61,555 nt of DNA, filler included, from an uncultured bacterium (GCA_964543115.1; 6 parts of 6 records of this genome joined end to end with filler, not necessarily neighbours in it), one strand, 5' to 3'. Shown: positions 38,706-49,277, counted from the whole stretch's first letter. Numbers and translations are program-made. The notes: generated by a model from the sequence alone, not told the origin.

Positions 38706-39853
38706 ATTCTATCCACCAGGTCACATAATTTTTTATGTTCTTTAAAGGCGTAACGGTCGGTCATGCCGGCGATATAGTCGCAGACCACCCTTTCCAGGGG
38801 TGTATGCTTTAATTTTGCCCTTGTTGACGGTGAAAGTAAGCGGGGGTTATTGACGTAGGTGTGAAAAAGCTCCCTGATTACCAGCAGGGCCTTATGGTTC
38901 ATCCGGTTGACCTGATAATTCGTGTAGAGATTACTAAAGAGGAATTGTTTTAGTTCTTTATTCTTTTTATTCATCCGCGGGCTGAAGGATAGTATTTCTT
39001 CCGGGGCGTTTCTTATATCTGCCAGTGTTTTGATTTTGTATTTTTTGATGTTTTGTTTTGTCTGGGCCAGTACCTCTTTTACCTGTTTATCAATCAGGGA
39101 ACGGATGGTGTAATAACGTTTAATTTCGTCATTGGTGCGCGGATATTGTGAACATATCTTTTCGTAGGCTTCCTGCCAGATATCGATATTTTTAAGGTCC
39201 CTGTAAGTTATCAGGCCGGAATCCAGACCGTCATCGATATCGTGATTGTTATAGGCGATTTCATCCGCGATGTTAACGATCTGGGCCTCCAGGGTGGGCT
39301 GTTTACCCGGCAGGAACCTTCCGGCCTGCGGGCGGTCGTAGGTGCTTCTATGTTTGGCGATCCCTTCCCGCACTTCCCAGGTCAGGTTCAGTCCGGTGAA
39401 TCCCGGATATTTTGTTTCTAGTTCCTCAACAATGCGCAGGCTCTGGGCATTATGTTCAAATCCTCCGTGGTCTTTCATTAATTTCTGCAGGGCTTCTTCC
39501 CCGGAGTGGCCAAAGGGAGGATGGCCGACATCATGGGCCAGGGCAATAGCTTCGGTAAGATCTTCGTTAAGCCGCAGCGCCCGGGCGATACTGCGGCTGA
39601 TCATCGCTACTTCCATGGTGTGAGTGAGCCGGGTACGGTAATGATCTCCTTCGTGTGTAATAAAGACCTGGGTTTTATATTCCAGCCGGCGGAAGGCCCG
39701 GCAGTGAATGATCCGGTCCCGGTCGCGCTGGTAAGGTGTGCGGGTAGGATGTTTTGGCTCACGATGGTCGCGGCCCCGGCTCTCCTGTGAGTGCTGCGCG
39801 TAAGGGGCCAGCCACTGGCTTTCAAATTGATGATAAAGGTTCCTGATATTCAT
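38702..39853 (-). CDS. dgt: Deoxyguanosinetriphosphate triphosphohydrolase-like HD protein
   Basis: YQRDRDRIIH, YKTQVF, RTRLTH, AHDVGHPPFGHSGE, DYIAGMTD. Confidence 0.93.
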   Translation of the reverse strand: MNIRNLYHQFESQWLAPYAQHSQESRGRDHREPKHPTRTPYQRDRDRIIHCRAFRRLEYKTQVFITHEGDHYRTRLTHTMEVAMISRSIARALRLNEDLTEAIALAHDVGHPPFGHSGEEALQKLMKDHGGFEHNAQSLRIVEELETKYPGFTGLNLTWEVREGIAKHRSTYDRPQAGRFLPGKQPTLEAQIVNIADEIAYNNHDIDDGLDSGLITYRDLKNIDIWQEAYEKICSQYPRTNDEIKRYYTIRSLIDKQVKEVLAQTKQNIKKYKIKTLADIRNAPEEILSFSPRMNKKNKELKQFLFSNLYTNYQVNRMNHKALLVIRELFHTYVNNPRLLSPSTRAKLKHTPLERVVCDYIAGMTDRYAFKEHKKLCDLVDRI

Positions 39854-39866
39854 ATCGACAGATTTT

Positions 39867-40643
39867 TCAAATATTAATTATTATTCTAGCTATTAATTTT
39901 TCCAGTTTTTTATCAATTGTTTTCATCGTTGCCAGGACGTGTTCGTGGCTGATGTGCCTGCCGGCCGGGTTAGCAATGCAGGCCAGGGCGAGGATCTTCA
40001 TCCCTAAATAATGGGCATAGATTACCTCGGGGACAGTAGACATGCTGACAGTGTCAATTCCCAGTTTAGCCAGCATTCTGGTTTCTGCCGGAGTTTCGTA
40101 ACTGGGGCCGGGAACGGCTGCCAAGACGCCTTGCTTGATTTTAAGTTTCAGCTGACGGGCGGATTTTTTTGCCAGTCGCAGAAGGTTTTTATTGTATGCC
40201 TGGTTCATGTGCGGGAAACGTGAATATTTATCTGGCTCATGCAGTTCCCGTAAAGGATTAAATCCCATTAGATTAATGTGATCAGTGACCAACATAAGAT
40301 CTCCCCGGCGGAAATTTTTATTGATCGCGCCGCAGGCGGTGGTCAGGAAGAGGGTAGTGATGCCCAGCTTTTTCAGCATTTTTATGTTAGCAAGCAAAGT
40401 TTGCTGGGAATGGCCTTCATAATGATGGAGGCGGCCATACTGGATCAGCAGGGGGTTTTTATTCAGGCAGCCGATTACCCATTTGCCGGCATGGCCGGCA
40501 GCCAGCGGTTTTTTGCAGCCTGGTAATTTGCTGAAGGGGATAGAAACACTATTAGTTAATTTCAGGCCGGAAAGGGAAATTCCTGAGCCCAGAATAATGG
40601 CAATCTTTGGCTTTAGTTTTGTATATTTCTTTATGGGGTTCAT
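39867..40643 (-). CDS. punA: Purine-nucleoside phosphorylase (PNP family 2)
   Basis: ILGSG, GH.G, GRLHHYEG, DHINL, GPSYETPAE, VSMSTVPE, HEHV. Confidence 0.9.
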   Translation of the reverse strand: MNPIKKYTKLKPKIAIILGSGISLSGLKLTNSVSIPFSKLPGCKKPLAAGHAGKWVIGCLNKNPLLIQYGRLHHYEGHSQQTLLANIKMLKKLGITTLFLTTACGAINKNFRRGDLMLVTDHINLMGFNPLRELHEPDKYSRFPHMNQAYNKNLLRLAKKSARQLKLKIKQGVLAAVPGPSYETPAETRMLAKLGIDTVSMSTVPEVIYAHYLGMKILALACIANPAGRHISHEHVLATMKTIDKKLEKLIARIIINI

Positions 40644-41178
40644 AAGATTAAGTTAAGAAAACTTGTGCCGTCCGCCAGCGGCGGTAATTGCCAGAGCCCG
40701 GCCAGGGTTTGTCCCAGGTCCGCAAAGGTGTTTCTTGTTTTCAGATTGACTCCCGGTTTCAATAATGAACCGTAAACGAGCAGCGGCACATATTCCCGGG
40801 AATGATCCGTATTGCCGGCTGTTGGGTCACAACCGTGATCGGCTGTTATGATAAGTATATCATGTTTACGCATATTTTTTAAGATACTTGGCAAATAATT
40901 ATCAAATTCTTTTAAGGCCCGGTAGTACCCTCCCGGATCATTACGGTGCCCGTAGAGCATATCAAAATCTATCAGGTTAGTGAATAGCAGCCGGTAATCA
41001 GTCTGTTGGCGGATAGCCGTAATCGTAGTTTGGATTCCTTCCCGGTTATTCTTTATTGGTATGCTTTTACTTATTCCCTGTCCGGCAAAAATATCATTTA
41101 TTTTACCGATGGCCAGTGTCTTTTGCCCGCCGGCCCTCAGGCGGTCAAGCAGGGTGGCTGACGGCGGGGAAAGGGAGA
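40640..41178 (-). CDS. deoB: Phosphopentomutase, 5' truncated
   Basis: YGHRND, TADHGCDP, DHSREYVP, FADLGQT. Confidence 0.92.
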
Positions 41179-41278
41179 NNNNNNNNNNNNNNNNNNNNNN
41201 NNNNNNNNNNNNNNNNNNNNNNTTAATTAATTAANNNNNNNNNNNNNNNNNNNNNNNNNNNNNNNNNNNNNNNNNNNN
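41179..41278. other. Artificial scaffold linker
   Basis: N44-TTAATTAATTAA-N44. Confidence 0.98.
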
Positions 41279-41754
41279 GTCTGTCCGGTTCCCAGAATTA
41301 TCACCCTTTTGTATTCCTGCCTGATCCGGCAAAGCCACGGCTCAAAAACTCTTACCAGATAGCGTGATAAACTCAGACAAAAAACCGCTAACAACCAGGC
41401 CAGCCCTACTAACAAACGGGAATAAGAATGCCCGCGATGAATAAAAGTAAGCGCCATTACCAGCACCAGCCCCATGGTCACGGCCTTAAGGACCAGGGCC
41501 ACCTCATCACCATACTTAAATATACGCCTCTGGTTATAAAGGCCGAACGACTTAAACACCAGAACAAAGATCAACGCGCTAATAAAAAAAGCCTCAGCAT
41601 AATTCTCCAGCGGCGGAACACCTAAAGGAATGGCAAAATACCCGGAAAAGAAACGCACCCAGAACGCCAGCAAAAAGGCCAGATAGAGAGCAAAAACATC
41701 TGACAAAACCCGGATAACGGTAGTAATAACAATATAATTTTTATATTTCGGCAT
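41279..41754 (-). CDS. Undecaprenyl-phosphate sugar phosphotransferase (WcaJ-like), N-terminal part
   Basis: Four TM helices, FGLY, SYSRL, then the VIILGTG CoA-binding start. Confidence 0.8.
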
Positions 41755-41803
41755 AAAAACAGCTCGCTTCGCTCGGACCTTTAAGACATAAGCCCAAATA
41801 GCT

Positions 41804-41917
41804 TTCTTAACGCAGACGGGCTTCGCCCGCGCGGAGAACGCTGAGGTTCGCAGAGATTTTATATTATTATTATTAAAATATTTTTCTCTGCGTCCTTTGC
41901 GATCTCTGCGTTAAGAA
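41804..41917. repeat. Palindromic element with 13-bp terminal inverted repeats and a nested GC-GAA-GC hairpin
   Basis: TTCTTAACGCAGA (41804-41816) / TCTGCGTTAAGAA (41905-41917); CGGGC-TTC-GCCCG at 41817-41829. Confidence 0.7.
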
Positions 41918-41923
41918 TATTTT

Positions 41924-43018
41924 TCAACTAACATCCCCTTTACTATTTAACAATTTTTGGGTTTCTGTTTTTATCTTTTCCTTAAACACCTGCCGGCTAA
42001 AACCCATTACACTTTCCCTGATCTTCCGCTTATCAAAAGCTGCTGCCGCAGCCTCAAATTCTTCTATCGCCTTAAGCAAAGAACCCGGTGACTGTTCAGC
42101 AAAAAATATCCCGGTTCTGGCCTTGATATTTATCGTTTCCAGCGCCCCGCCCGCCCGGTAAGCAATTACCGGCCGGCCACAAGCCTGGGCCTCTAAGACA
42201 GTAATACCAAAATCCTCAACTCCCGGAAAAACAAACGCCCGGCAGCTGGCATAATTTTCCCGCACCACCTCGTCCGGCTGCCAACCAAGAAATTTTATAT
42301 TAGGCCCCGCCTTCTTCCGCAGATTCTTCCATTCCGTCCCCGAACCAATAATCCTTAACGGCCGGCCCAATTTAGTAAACGCCTCAACGGCAATATCAAT
42401 CCGCTTATAAGGCACTAAAGCCGAAACAATTAAATAAAAATCCCCGTCCTTATCCCGCGGGACAAAAAAATCAGCATCTACCGGAGGATAAAGAATAAAA
42501 GAATCCCTATTATAGTACCTTTTAATCCGGTTAGCAACATTTTGTGAAATCGCCCAGAAATAATCCGGCCGGCTGGCCGTCCGCGCGTCCCACTTACGCA
42601 ACCGGGCCAGAAACGGCTGCAAGAATATTGATTTAACACCAAAATAATCCCGGGAAAACTCCCACACATAGCGCATGGGGGTAAAACAATAACACAGATG
42701 AATACTACCGGGCGGAGCCTGCACACCCTTAGCCACACAATGGCTGGTACTGATAACCAGATCATAACCCGACAACTTAAACGATTCAACCGCCCGGGGA
42801 AACAACGGTAAATAGTACCGGTAAGCTGAACGGCGAAAAGGCAAATTTTGAATAAACGAAGTAGTGACGGATAATTTATTGATGAGCGGGCTGATCTTTT
42901 CCGGCTCATACAACAAAGTATAGATATGAGCCTGCGGAAATATTTCCGCTAACACTTCCAGAATCTTCTCACCGCCACGCATACCATTGAGCCAATCATG
43001 AACTAGAGCAACACGCAT
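41924..43018 (-). CDS. Glycosyltransferase family 4
   Basis: ALVHDWLNGMRGGE, EDFGITVLEAQACG. Confidence 0.92.
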   Translation of the reverse strand: MRVALVHDWLNGMRGGEKILEVLAEIFPQAHIYTLLYEPEKISPLINKLSVTTSFIQNLPFRRSAYRYYLPLFPRAVESFKLSGYDLVISTSHCVAKGVQAPPGSIHLCYCFTPMRYVWEFSRDYFGVKSIFLQPFLARLRKWDARTASRPDYFWAISQNVANRIKRYYNRDSFILYPPVDADFFVPRDKDGDFYLIVSALVPYKRIDIAVEAFTKLGRPLRIIGSGTEWKNLRKKAGPNIKFLGWQPDEVVRENYASCRAFVFPGVEDFGITVLEAQACGRPVIAYRAGGALETINIKARTGIFFAEQSPGSLLKAIEEFEAAAAAFDKRKIRESVMGFSRQVFKEKIKTETQKLLNSKGDVS

Positions 43019-44097
43019 CGCTTATAAACCTCCAGGGTATCTTTAGCCATCGTTTCAATTGTGAATTTTTTCGCCTGTTCTTTCCCCCTGGCAACCAATT
43101 CCGCAGATAACTCCCGGTCACTAATCACCTTATAGATCGCTTCAGCCATTCCCTCGGTATCCTGCGGATCCACCTGCAAAGCACAATCACCCGCTACTTC
43201 CGCAAGAGCCGGAGTATTAGAAACAATAACCGGCACGCCAACCGCCATCGCCTCTACCGGCGGCAATCCGAACCCTTCATAGAAAGACGGCAGCACGAAT
43301 ACCGCGGCATTAGCATAAATCTCAACTAACTTTTCAACAGCGGCATATCCGTAAAAAATCACCCTCTGCTCCAGGCCCAGTTTAGCCACCCAATAATTCG
43401 CTTCCGGGTAGCGGTCATCCGGCTGTCCCACAACAACCAACTTATTGCCTACCGTATACTTACGCACTAAAACGGCATAAGCCTTAAGCAACCCGATCAA
43501 ATTCTTATAGGGATCAGCCCGGCCGATAAAGAGAATATAACTCCGCTCCAATCCCCGCTCCCCGGCCTTAGCCTGAAAAAACCGCTCTTCAATACCGTTA
43601 TGAACAACTTCTATTTTGTTCACGGGTACGGACAGACAATCTTTTATATCCCGGGCCGTGTTCTGCGATACACTAATAATTTTATCCGCCCGGGCAGCCG
43701 CCCTGCGGAATATTAACCTGAACAGCCACTGCCAGCGTGTTTTTTTCGCTTTCGGAGTATATTGAGGAAACTTCCAGGGAATCATATCATGAATCGTTAT
43801 CACAACCTTAGTTGTCCGGGGCACACGAAGAGGAATCATAAAATTGGGGGAATGAAACACATCCGCCCGCAGCTCCTTCAACAGGCGCGGCAACTTAACC
43901 TGATTAGCTAATGAATACAGGCCGTAAGCTACCGGCAGAGACCGGAAATTATCCGCATCCGGACACCGGCCGGAAATTAAAAAATATTCATTTTCTTTAT
44001 CAACCGCTGCCAATCCCCTGATAAGATTTTTCGTATAACAACCGATACCTGAAATCTGAGGAAAAATCCAGCGGCAATCAATAACAATCTTCATCAC
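43003..44097 (-). CDS. Glycosyltransferase family 4 (WbaZ/mannosyltransferase-like)
   Basis: IDCRW, TIHD, KN, EGFGLPPVEAMAVG. Confidence 0.92.
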   Translation of the reverse strand: MMKIVIDCRWIFPQISGIGCYTKNLIRGLAAVDKENEYFLISGRCPDADNFRSLPVAYGLYSLANQVKLPRLLKELRADVFHSPNFMIPLRVPRTTKVVITIHDMIPWKFPQYTPKAKKTRWQWLFRLIFRRAAARADKIISVSQNTARDIKDCLSVPVNKIEVVHNGIEERFFQAKAGERGLERSYILFIGRADPYKNLIGLLKAYAVLVRKYTVGNKLVVVGQPDDRYPEANYWVAKLGLEQRVIFYGYAAVEKLVEIYANAAVFVLPSFYEGFGLPPVEAMAVGVPVIVSNTPALAEVAGDCALQVDPQDTEGMAEAIYKVISDRELSAELVARGKEQAKKFTIETMAKDTLEVYKRCVLL

Positions 44098-45197
44098 AGC
44101 CCTAGATATACGTTTAATGTTTCCCGCGCCGCCCTGGCCCAGGAATATTTCTTTACCTGCTCTTTACCTTTACTGATATAAGTTCCCCTATCACGCAAAC
44201 AATCTTTAATCCCCGCTGCAATATCTTCCGGCTGATACGGATCAATAAATCTGACAGCATCGCCTAACACCTCAGACAATGAACCCCCACGTGAAGCCAC
44301 TACCGGCACCTCGCAAGCCATCGCCTCAATTGGCGGCATACCAAACCCCTCATAGAAGGAAGGAAAAACAAACAACCGCGCCATGCTGTAGAGGGCCGGC
44401 AGATCCGCCTCCTGCACATACCCTAGAAAGATCACCATTTCTTCCAAATCCAATTCCTTAAGCAATCGGAAAATCTCGTCGTAAAGCCAGCCCCGGGCGC
44501 CGGCAAGAACCAGTTTATAATCAGCCAACCCGGAAAGCTGGAAGGCCCGAAGCAACCCCTCGATATTCTTACGCGGCTCCAGCGTCCCGACATGCAGGAT
44601 ATACTTGGGCGGCAGATTATACTTTTTTCTAACCCCCGAATCCTCCTTCCGTCTGAACCTTTCATCCGTCCCCATATACGTAACCGCGATCTTCTCTTCC
44701 GGCACCCGGAACAACTCCATCAACTCCTGCTTACTAAACTCACTTATAGTAATAATTTTATCCGCCCGCCGCAGGCTTTGCGGCAATTCCGCCCGGAGAA
44801 ACGCCAGGTTTTTCGGTTCAACATACTGAGGATAGCGTACAAATCCCAAGTCATGCACCGAAACCACAAACCTCCCCCTACTCATTGGCGGCACCGTAAA
44901 ATTCGGAAAATGATATATATCATAGTCCCCCACCAACCAATTAAGCGGCGGAAAATGAAACTTCTTCCACAAATAATTATAAAACTTTCCCGGCATCCAC
45001 CTGATCCCCTTAGCGGCAAACCTATCATTAGCTAGCGGGCTGCCGTCATACCTGCGCTTAAAATCAAAATAGGAAAGGTTAACCTCCATCTCCGGAGGGA
45101 ACTCCAACCCGGCAAACGCCTTAACCAGCTGATAAGTATATCGCCCGACACCAGCAGGACTGGTGATTATTGATTGAATATCTATACAAATTTTCAA
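44094..45197 (-). CDS. Glycosyltransferase family 4
   Basis: VGTLEPRKN, EGFGMPPIEAMAC; TTG start. Confidence 0.92.
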   Translation of the reverse strand: MKICIDIQSIITSPAGVGRYTYQLVKAFAGLEFPPEMEVNLSYFDFKRRYDGSPLANDRFAAKGIRWMPGKFYNYLWKKFHFPPLNWLVGDYDIYHFPNFTVPPMSRGRFVVSVHDLGFVRYPQYVEPKNLAFLRAELPQSLRRADKIITISEFSKQELMELFRVPEEKIAVTYMGTDERFRRKEDSGVRKKYNLPPKYILHVGTLEPRKNIEGLLRAFQLSGLADYKLVLAGARGWLYDEIFRLLKELDLEEMVIFLGYVQEADLPALYSMARLFVFPSFYEGFGMPPIEAMACEVPVVASRGGSLSEVLGDAVRFIDPYQPEDIAAGIKDCLRDRGTYISKGKEQVKKYSWARAARETLNVYLGL

Positions 45198-45237
45198 AAA
45201 AAATTTCCTTTTTTAATAATGAGATGGTTAAAAATAG

Positions 45238-45302
45238 AGTCGCTAGTCGCCAGTCGCTAGTCGCTAGCCTGCCCGCCGAAGCCTTGGCGAAGGCGGGTCG
45301 CT
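45238..45302. repeat. AGTCGCT heptamer array interrupted by a CCCGCC...GGCGGG hairpin element
   Basis: Four AGTCGC(T/C) units, then CCTGCCCGCCGAAGCCTTGGCGAAGGCGGG, then TCGCT resumes. Confidence 0.7.
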
Positions 45303-45332
45303 CGTAACTAGTAGCTAGGTCTAAAAACTAGA

Positions 45333-46207
45333 TTATTTTTTTGTAAAGTTTTCTTTTAACCCTGACGACACCTTTATGCCAGCATCATCTACTATTACAG
45401 CTTCCACATCTGTTAGACTTTCCACTAACTCCATGCCTTTTCCCGGACCGAGGACAAATATTCCGGTACTTAAAGCATCAGCGGTCATTGCCTCCGGCGC
45501 CACAACCGTTACACTAAGGGACTTATCAGCTTTTTGTCCGGTACGAGGATCGATAATATGACCCGGCCGCTCATAATCGGCGGACGTTGCCACCGCTGTC
45601 CCTCCAGGAAGCTTAAGCGCGCCGATTAATTGCCTTGCCTGACGGGGATTTTTAATTCCGATCGTCCAATATTCCTTCTCCGGCGGACACCCGATTAAAA
45701 AAATATTGCCGCCGAAATTAACCATTGCGCGTTTTACCGCGCCTGCCTGTAACACCTGCGTGATCCGGTCAACAGCATACCCTTTTACTACCCCCCCCAG
45801 ATCCAGTTCCGTCCCTTCATCCACCAGCACAGAACTATTCACATAAGAAATCACCACCGGCACATTTCGTTTAGTAATATCAAATGCCCCGCCAGTAAGC
45901 CGAGTAAACTCTAGCGTCTGACGAATCACATCCAGACACTCTCTACTTACCGGCACTGCCTTCCCGGGCTGGCTATTAATCCGCGAGATCTCACTCTCCG
46001 GCATAAACCGGCTGAACTTCTCTTCAATCCGTCTTACTTCCTCAAATGCCTCTTTTCCCTCCAGACAGTGATTTCCAGCAATGTCCCCATAGCCAGACGG
46101 GGATGAGTAACAGAACGCGGAGACCGGCGGCCGCAACTGACCAATAAACCCGGAACAGTCAACAACAGGAGGGCAACAACAGGAATGGATCTCTTAACTA
46201 ATCCCAT
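45333..46207 (-). pseudogene. apbE: FAD:protein FMN transferase (ApbE) lipoprotein split by a frameshift near 46055
   Basis: Lipoprotein signal (LVSC) and AMGTLLEITVW in one frame; KEAFEEVRRIEE...GAFDIT...DLGGVVKGY...HIIDPRTG...ADALSTG in the -1 frame. Confidence 0.75.
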
Positions 46208-46887
46208 ATACGGCATTTTATTAAAAACCACAACGCGACAAAACCATCCCGCCAAGTAATTTTTTTACCTTCATCATAAGTGCGGCCGTAATACTGAATA
46301 GGCACTTCATAAATTCTATATTTAGCCTTAGCCATCTTCGCGGTAAACTCCACTTCAAACCCGAAACTATCAGAACGAAATTTAGTCTGTTGGACAACTT
46401 CACTGCGAAACGCCTTATAACATGTTTCCAGATCACTGAGATTGATATTGTAGAGTATATTACCGATCAGGGTAATCAACTTATTACCGAGAAAATGCCA
46501 GAACAGCAGCACCCGGTGCGGCCCGCTTAAGAAACGCGAACCATAAACAACATCCGCCTTACCATCCAGGATCGGCGCGAGCAAAGTACCGTAATCACTG
46601 GGATCATACTCCAGATCAGCGTCCTGAATAATAACCACATCACCGTTTACCTGTTCAAATCCCGTCCTTAACGCCGCTCCCTTGCCTTTATTCTTTTCAT
46701 GATAAAAAATACGGACACGGGCATCAGCAACCTTTGCTAAGATTTCTTTCGTCCCGTCACTGGACCCGTCATCAACAATAACCAGCTCTTTTTCCAGAGG
46801 CACCTGCACCTCCAGCACGCGCCCGATAATCTCGCGCACAGTCTCAACTTCATTAAAAACCGGCATTACAATGGATAATTTTTTCAT
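46198..46887 (-). CDS. Glycosyltransferase family 2 (DPM1-like)
   Basis: SIVMPVFNE, VDDGSSDGT, QDADLEYDP, DLETCYK. Confidence 0.93.
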   Translation of the reverse strand: MKKLSIVMPVFNEVETVREIIGRVLEVQVPLEKELVIVDDGSSDGTKEILAKVADARVRIFYHEKNKGKGAALRTGFEQVNGDVVIIQDADLEYDPSDYGTLLAPILDGKADVVYGSRFLSGPHRVLLFWHFLGNKLITLIGNILYNINLSDLETCYKAFRSEVVQQTKFRSDSFGFEVEFTAKMAKAKYRIYEVPIQYYGRTYDEGKKITWRDGFVALWFLIKCRIWD

Positions 46888-48473
46888 TCAGGCAATACCC
46901 CTTTCCTTTTCTCCTTACTTATCTCCGCCACATCTTCTTCAGTCCGCAAAATCCTCGGCGTAATAAAGAGGAACAAATTCACCTTTTCTGATGTTTGTTG
47001 CGTCCGGCGGAACAAAATATTTAATATAGGCACATCCCCAAGCACCGGCACCTTTTCCACCGAATCCTTATTCCGGTCCACAACCAATCCGCCAATCACC
47101 ACCGTCTGGCCATCCTTAACCATCGCCGTTGTCCGCGCCTCACGTTTAGACGTCTCCACCGCTCCCTCGAAACTCTGCCCCAGCACATTCTCTATCTGCT
47201 GAATAATATCCATCCGCACAAAATCATCATCAGTCACATGCGGAGTAATTTTTAGTAACAGCCCGACATCCTTATACTCAAAAGTCTTAACCGTACTCCC
47301 CTCCGGCGTCACCTGACTGTTCTTAATAAAAGCCAGCTGTTTCCCCACCATAATCTGCGCCTCCAAATTATCCGTAGCCAGCACTTGGGGCGCCGACAAA
47401 ATATTAATATCATCACTATCCTTAGACGCCGTAATTAACAGACCCAGATTAGGCATAGTCACCCCGCCGACACTAGTGGTTCCCTCCACCGCCCCGGCGG
47501 TAGTTTTCGGCAGTCCCCCGCCGGTAAGGATATTCTCCACCATCCCTTTGGACTGAGCTCCACTGAACCCGCGTGAACTACCATAAACAATCCCGCCAGC
47601 CGCCACCAATTCCAATCCCATTTCCAGACTCTTCTCCAGACTAACCTCAGCGATAATCGCCTCCACCAACACCTGCGGCCGCCTTCCATCCAGTTTCTTT
47701 ACAATCTCTTCTAGAAACCCGTACTCCTGCATACTAGCCAGAATAATCAGTGAATTAGAATCATTATCCGCAACAATCGTCGGCGGCCGAACAACATCCT
47801 CATCCTCCGCCTGTTTTTTCCTTTCCAGATAAACCTTGTTTAATAGACGGGCCAGACTATCCGCCTGTGTATTCTGCACATGATAAACATGCACATTATC
47901 CGGTGACGGGACAACCTTATCATCCAGATCATTAACAATTTCCAGCAGGCGCCTCAGATTAGAACTCGTCTCCGTAATAATCAGCGTATTAGTCGGCGGA
48001 TAACTGGCAATATAGCCCGCGGCAGAAACATAAGGAGTAAGAATCGCCTTTAATTTTTGCGCATCCGCATACTCTAGCGGCACAATTTGCGTAATCATCC
48101 GGTCCTTTAATTCTTCATCAACAATCTGCTTACCCACCTGCGTCTCAATATCCAGCTGTTTAGCCTTAGCCAGAGGAATAATCTTAACCATGTTTTCCGA
48201 TGGTATAGTCGTATACCCATTAACAACCAGAATAGACTCCAGCACCTTATAAGCCTCCGGCAGCGGAATCTTAGTCGGGCTAATCACCGTAGCCGTTCCC
48301 TTAACCTGACTATCAACAATGAAATTCTTGCCCGTAAGTTCACTCATATACTTAATAATCGTCATCAAATCAACATTATTAAAATCCATCGCCACCATCT
48401 CCCCCTGCTGCGCGTAACAAATATTTACATTCCAAATAATAATTATCAGTAAACAAACAAATTTTATTTTCAT
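46884..48473 (-). CDS. gspD: Type II secretion secretin
   Basis: N0 domain MDFNNVDL...KNFIVD, QVLVEAIIAEV, VGLLLKITP, KVPVLGDVP. Confidence 0.92.
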   Translation of the reverse strand: MKIKFVCLLIIIIWNVNICYAQQGEMVAMDFNNVDLMTIIKYMSELTGKNFIVDSQVKGTATVISPTKIPLPEAYKVLESILVVNGYTTIPSENMVKIIPLAKAKQLDIETQVGKQIVDEELKDRMITQIVPLEYADAQKLKAILTPYVSAAGYIASYPPTNTLIITETSSNLRRLLEIVNDLDDKVVPSPDNVHVYHVQNTQADSLARLLNKVYLERKKQAEDEDVVRPPTIVADNDSNSLIILASMQEYGFLEEIVKKLDGRRPQVLVEAIIAEVSLEKSLEMGLELVAAGGIVYGSSRGFSGAQSKGMVENILTGGGLPKTTAGAVEGTTSVGGVTMPNLGLLITASKDSDDINILSAPQVLATDNLEAQIMVGKQLAFIKNSQVTPEGSTVKTFEYKDVGLLLKITPHVTDDDFVRMDIIQQIENVLGQSFEGAVETSKREARTTAMVKDGQTVVIGGLVVDRNKDSVEKVPVLGDVPILNILFRRTQQTSEKVNLFLFITPRILRTEEDVAEISKEKRKGVLPE

Positions 48474-49277
48474 TTATCCCTCCAACCGGCAATCCATCTC
48501 AAATCGTTCATCCTGCCGTTCAACACCCAAATGCAAGGGCCCGTTAGCATCAATACCATACAAACTCTTCATCGCTTTTAAAGGATCATCCATCGGCACA
48601 CCATTTATACTAAAAATAATATCCCCTTCTTTTAACCCGGCCTTTTCAATAAGACTATTGCTATGAACACGGGCCAATTGAAATCCAATACACTTACCAT
48701 CAACAAAAAACGGTTTAATCCGCATTTGGGTGAGTAATTTTGCAAAATCAACCGTGCTCTTAGGTAAATCTAGCTCCGCAACTTCCTGCGGTACTTCCGC
48801 AGAAAAAGAGCTGCCAAAAATAGATCTCCTGGCAACCTGCACAGTTTTATTTACTGAGCGCGAAATTATTTCCCCATCCGGGCCCAGCGTGTATTTACCA
48901 TTACCATCATCAATCGTCACCCTGTTCCGGGCCAGGGCTACTATTTTAGTGCCGCAAACCTCATCCCCCAGCCGGCACAGCTGCTGCTGCCCCGTTTCTT
49001 TATCCTCAAAAACCGCGAAACTATTCTGGGGACCGGCAACCATCGTTCCCTTTAAAACCAGCGGTAATTCCGGCTGTAAGACTATCATCTCCTCCTTGAC
49101 AGAACCACCAAGAACAGCGGCATAATACTGCCAGGACATGGCAGAATCAGAGTCAGCAGAAACCATAAAGTCTTCAGCCGCTGGAACTTGAATTTCAGAC
49201 TGATAAGGTAGGATGTATTCTCTTGTAAGGTTTAGGGAAAGTATAAGTAAAAGACCTAATAATATTTTATTAACCAT
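48474..49277 (-). CDS. gspC: Type II secretion protein C-like (TM, HR domain, PDZ)
   Basis: LKGTMVAG...FAVFED, RIKPF...GF...GLKEGDII.SING; abuts gspD. Confidence 0.8.
   Translation of the reverse strand: MVNKILLGLLLILSLNLTREYILPYQSEIQVPAAEDFMVSADSDSAMSWQYYAAVLGGSVKEEMIVLQPELPLVLKGTMVAGPQNSFAVFEDKETGQQQLCRLGDEVCGTKIVALARNRVTIDDGNGKYTLGPDGEIISRSVNKTVQVARRSIFGSSFSAEVPQEVAELDLPKSTVDFAKLLTQMRIKPFFVDGKCIGFQLARVHSNSLIEKAGLKEGDIIFSINGVPMDDPLKAMKSLYGIDANGPLHLGVERQDERFEMDCRLEG

Noticed and set aside
38702..41178. dgt-punA-deoB as an anti-phage dGTPase system
   Set aside because: The context is ordinary nucleoside salvage with no defence-island features.
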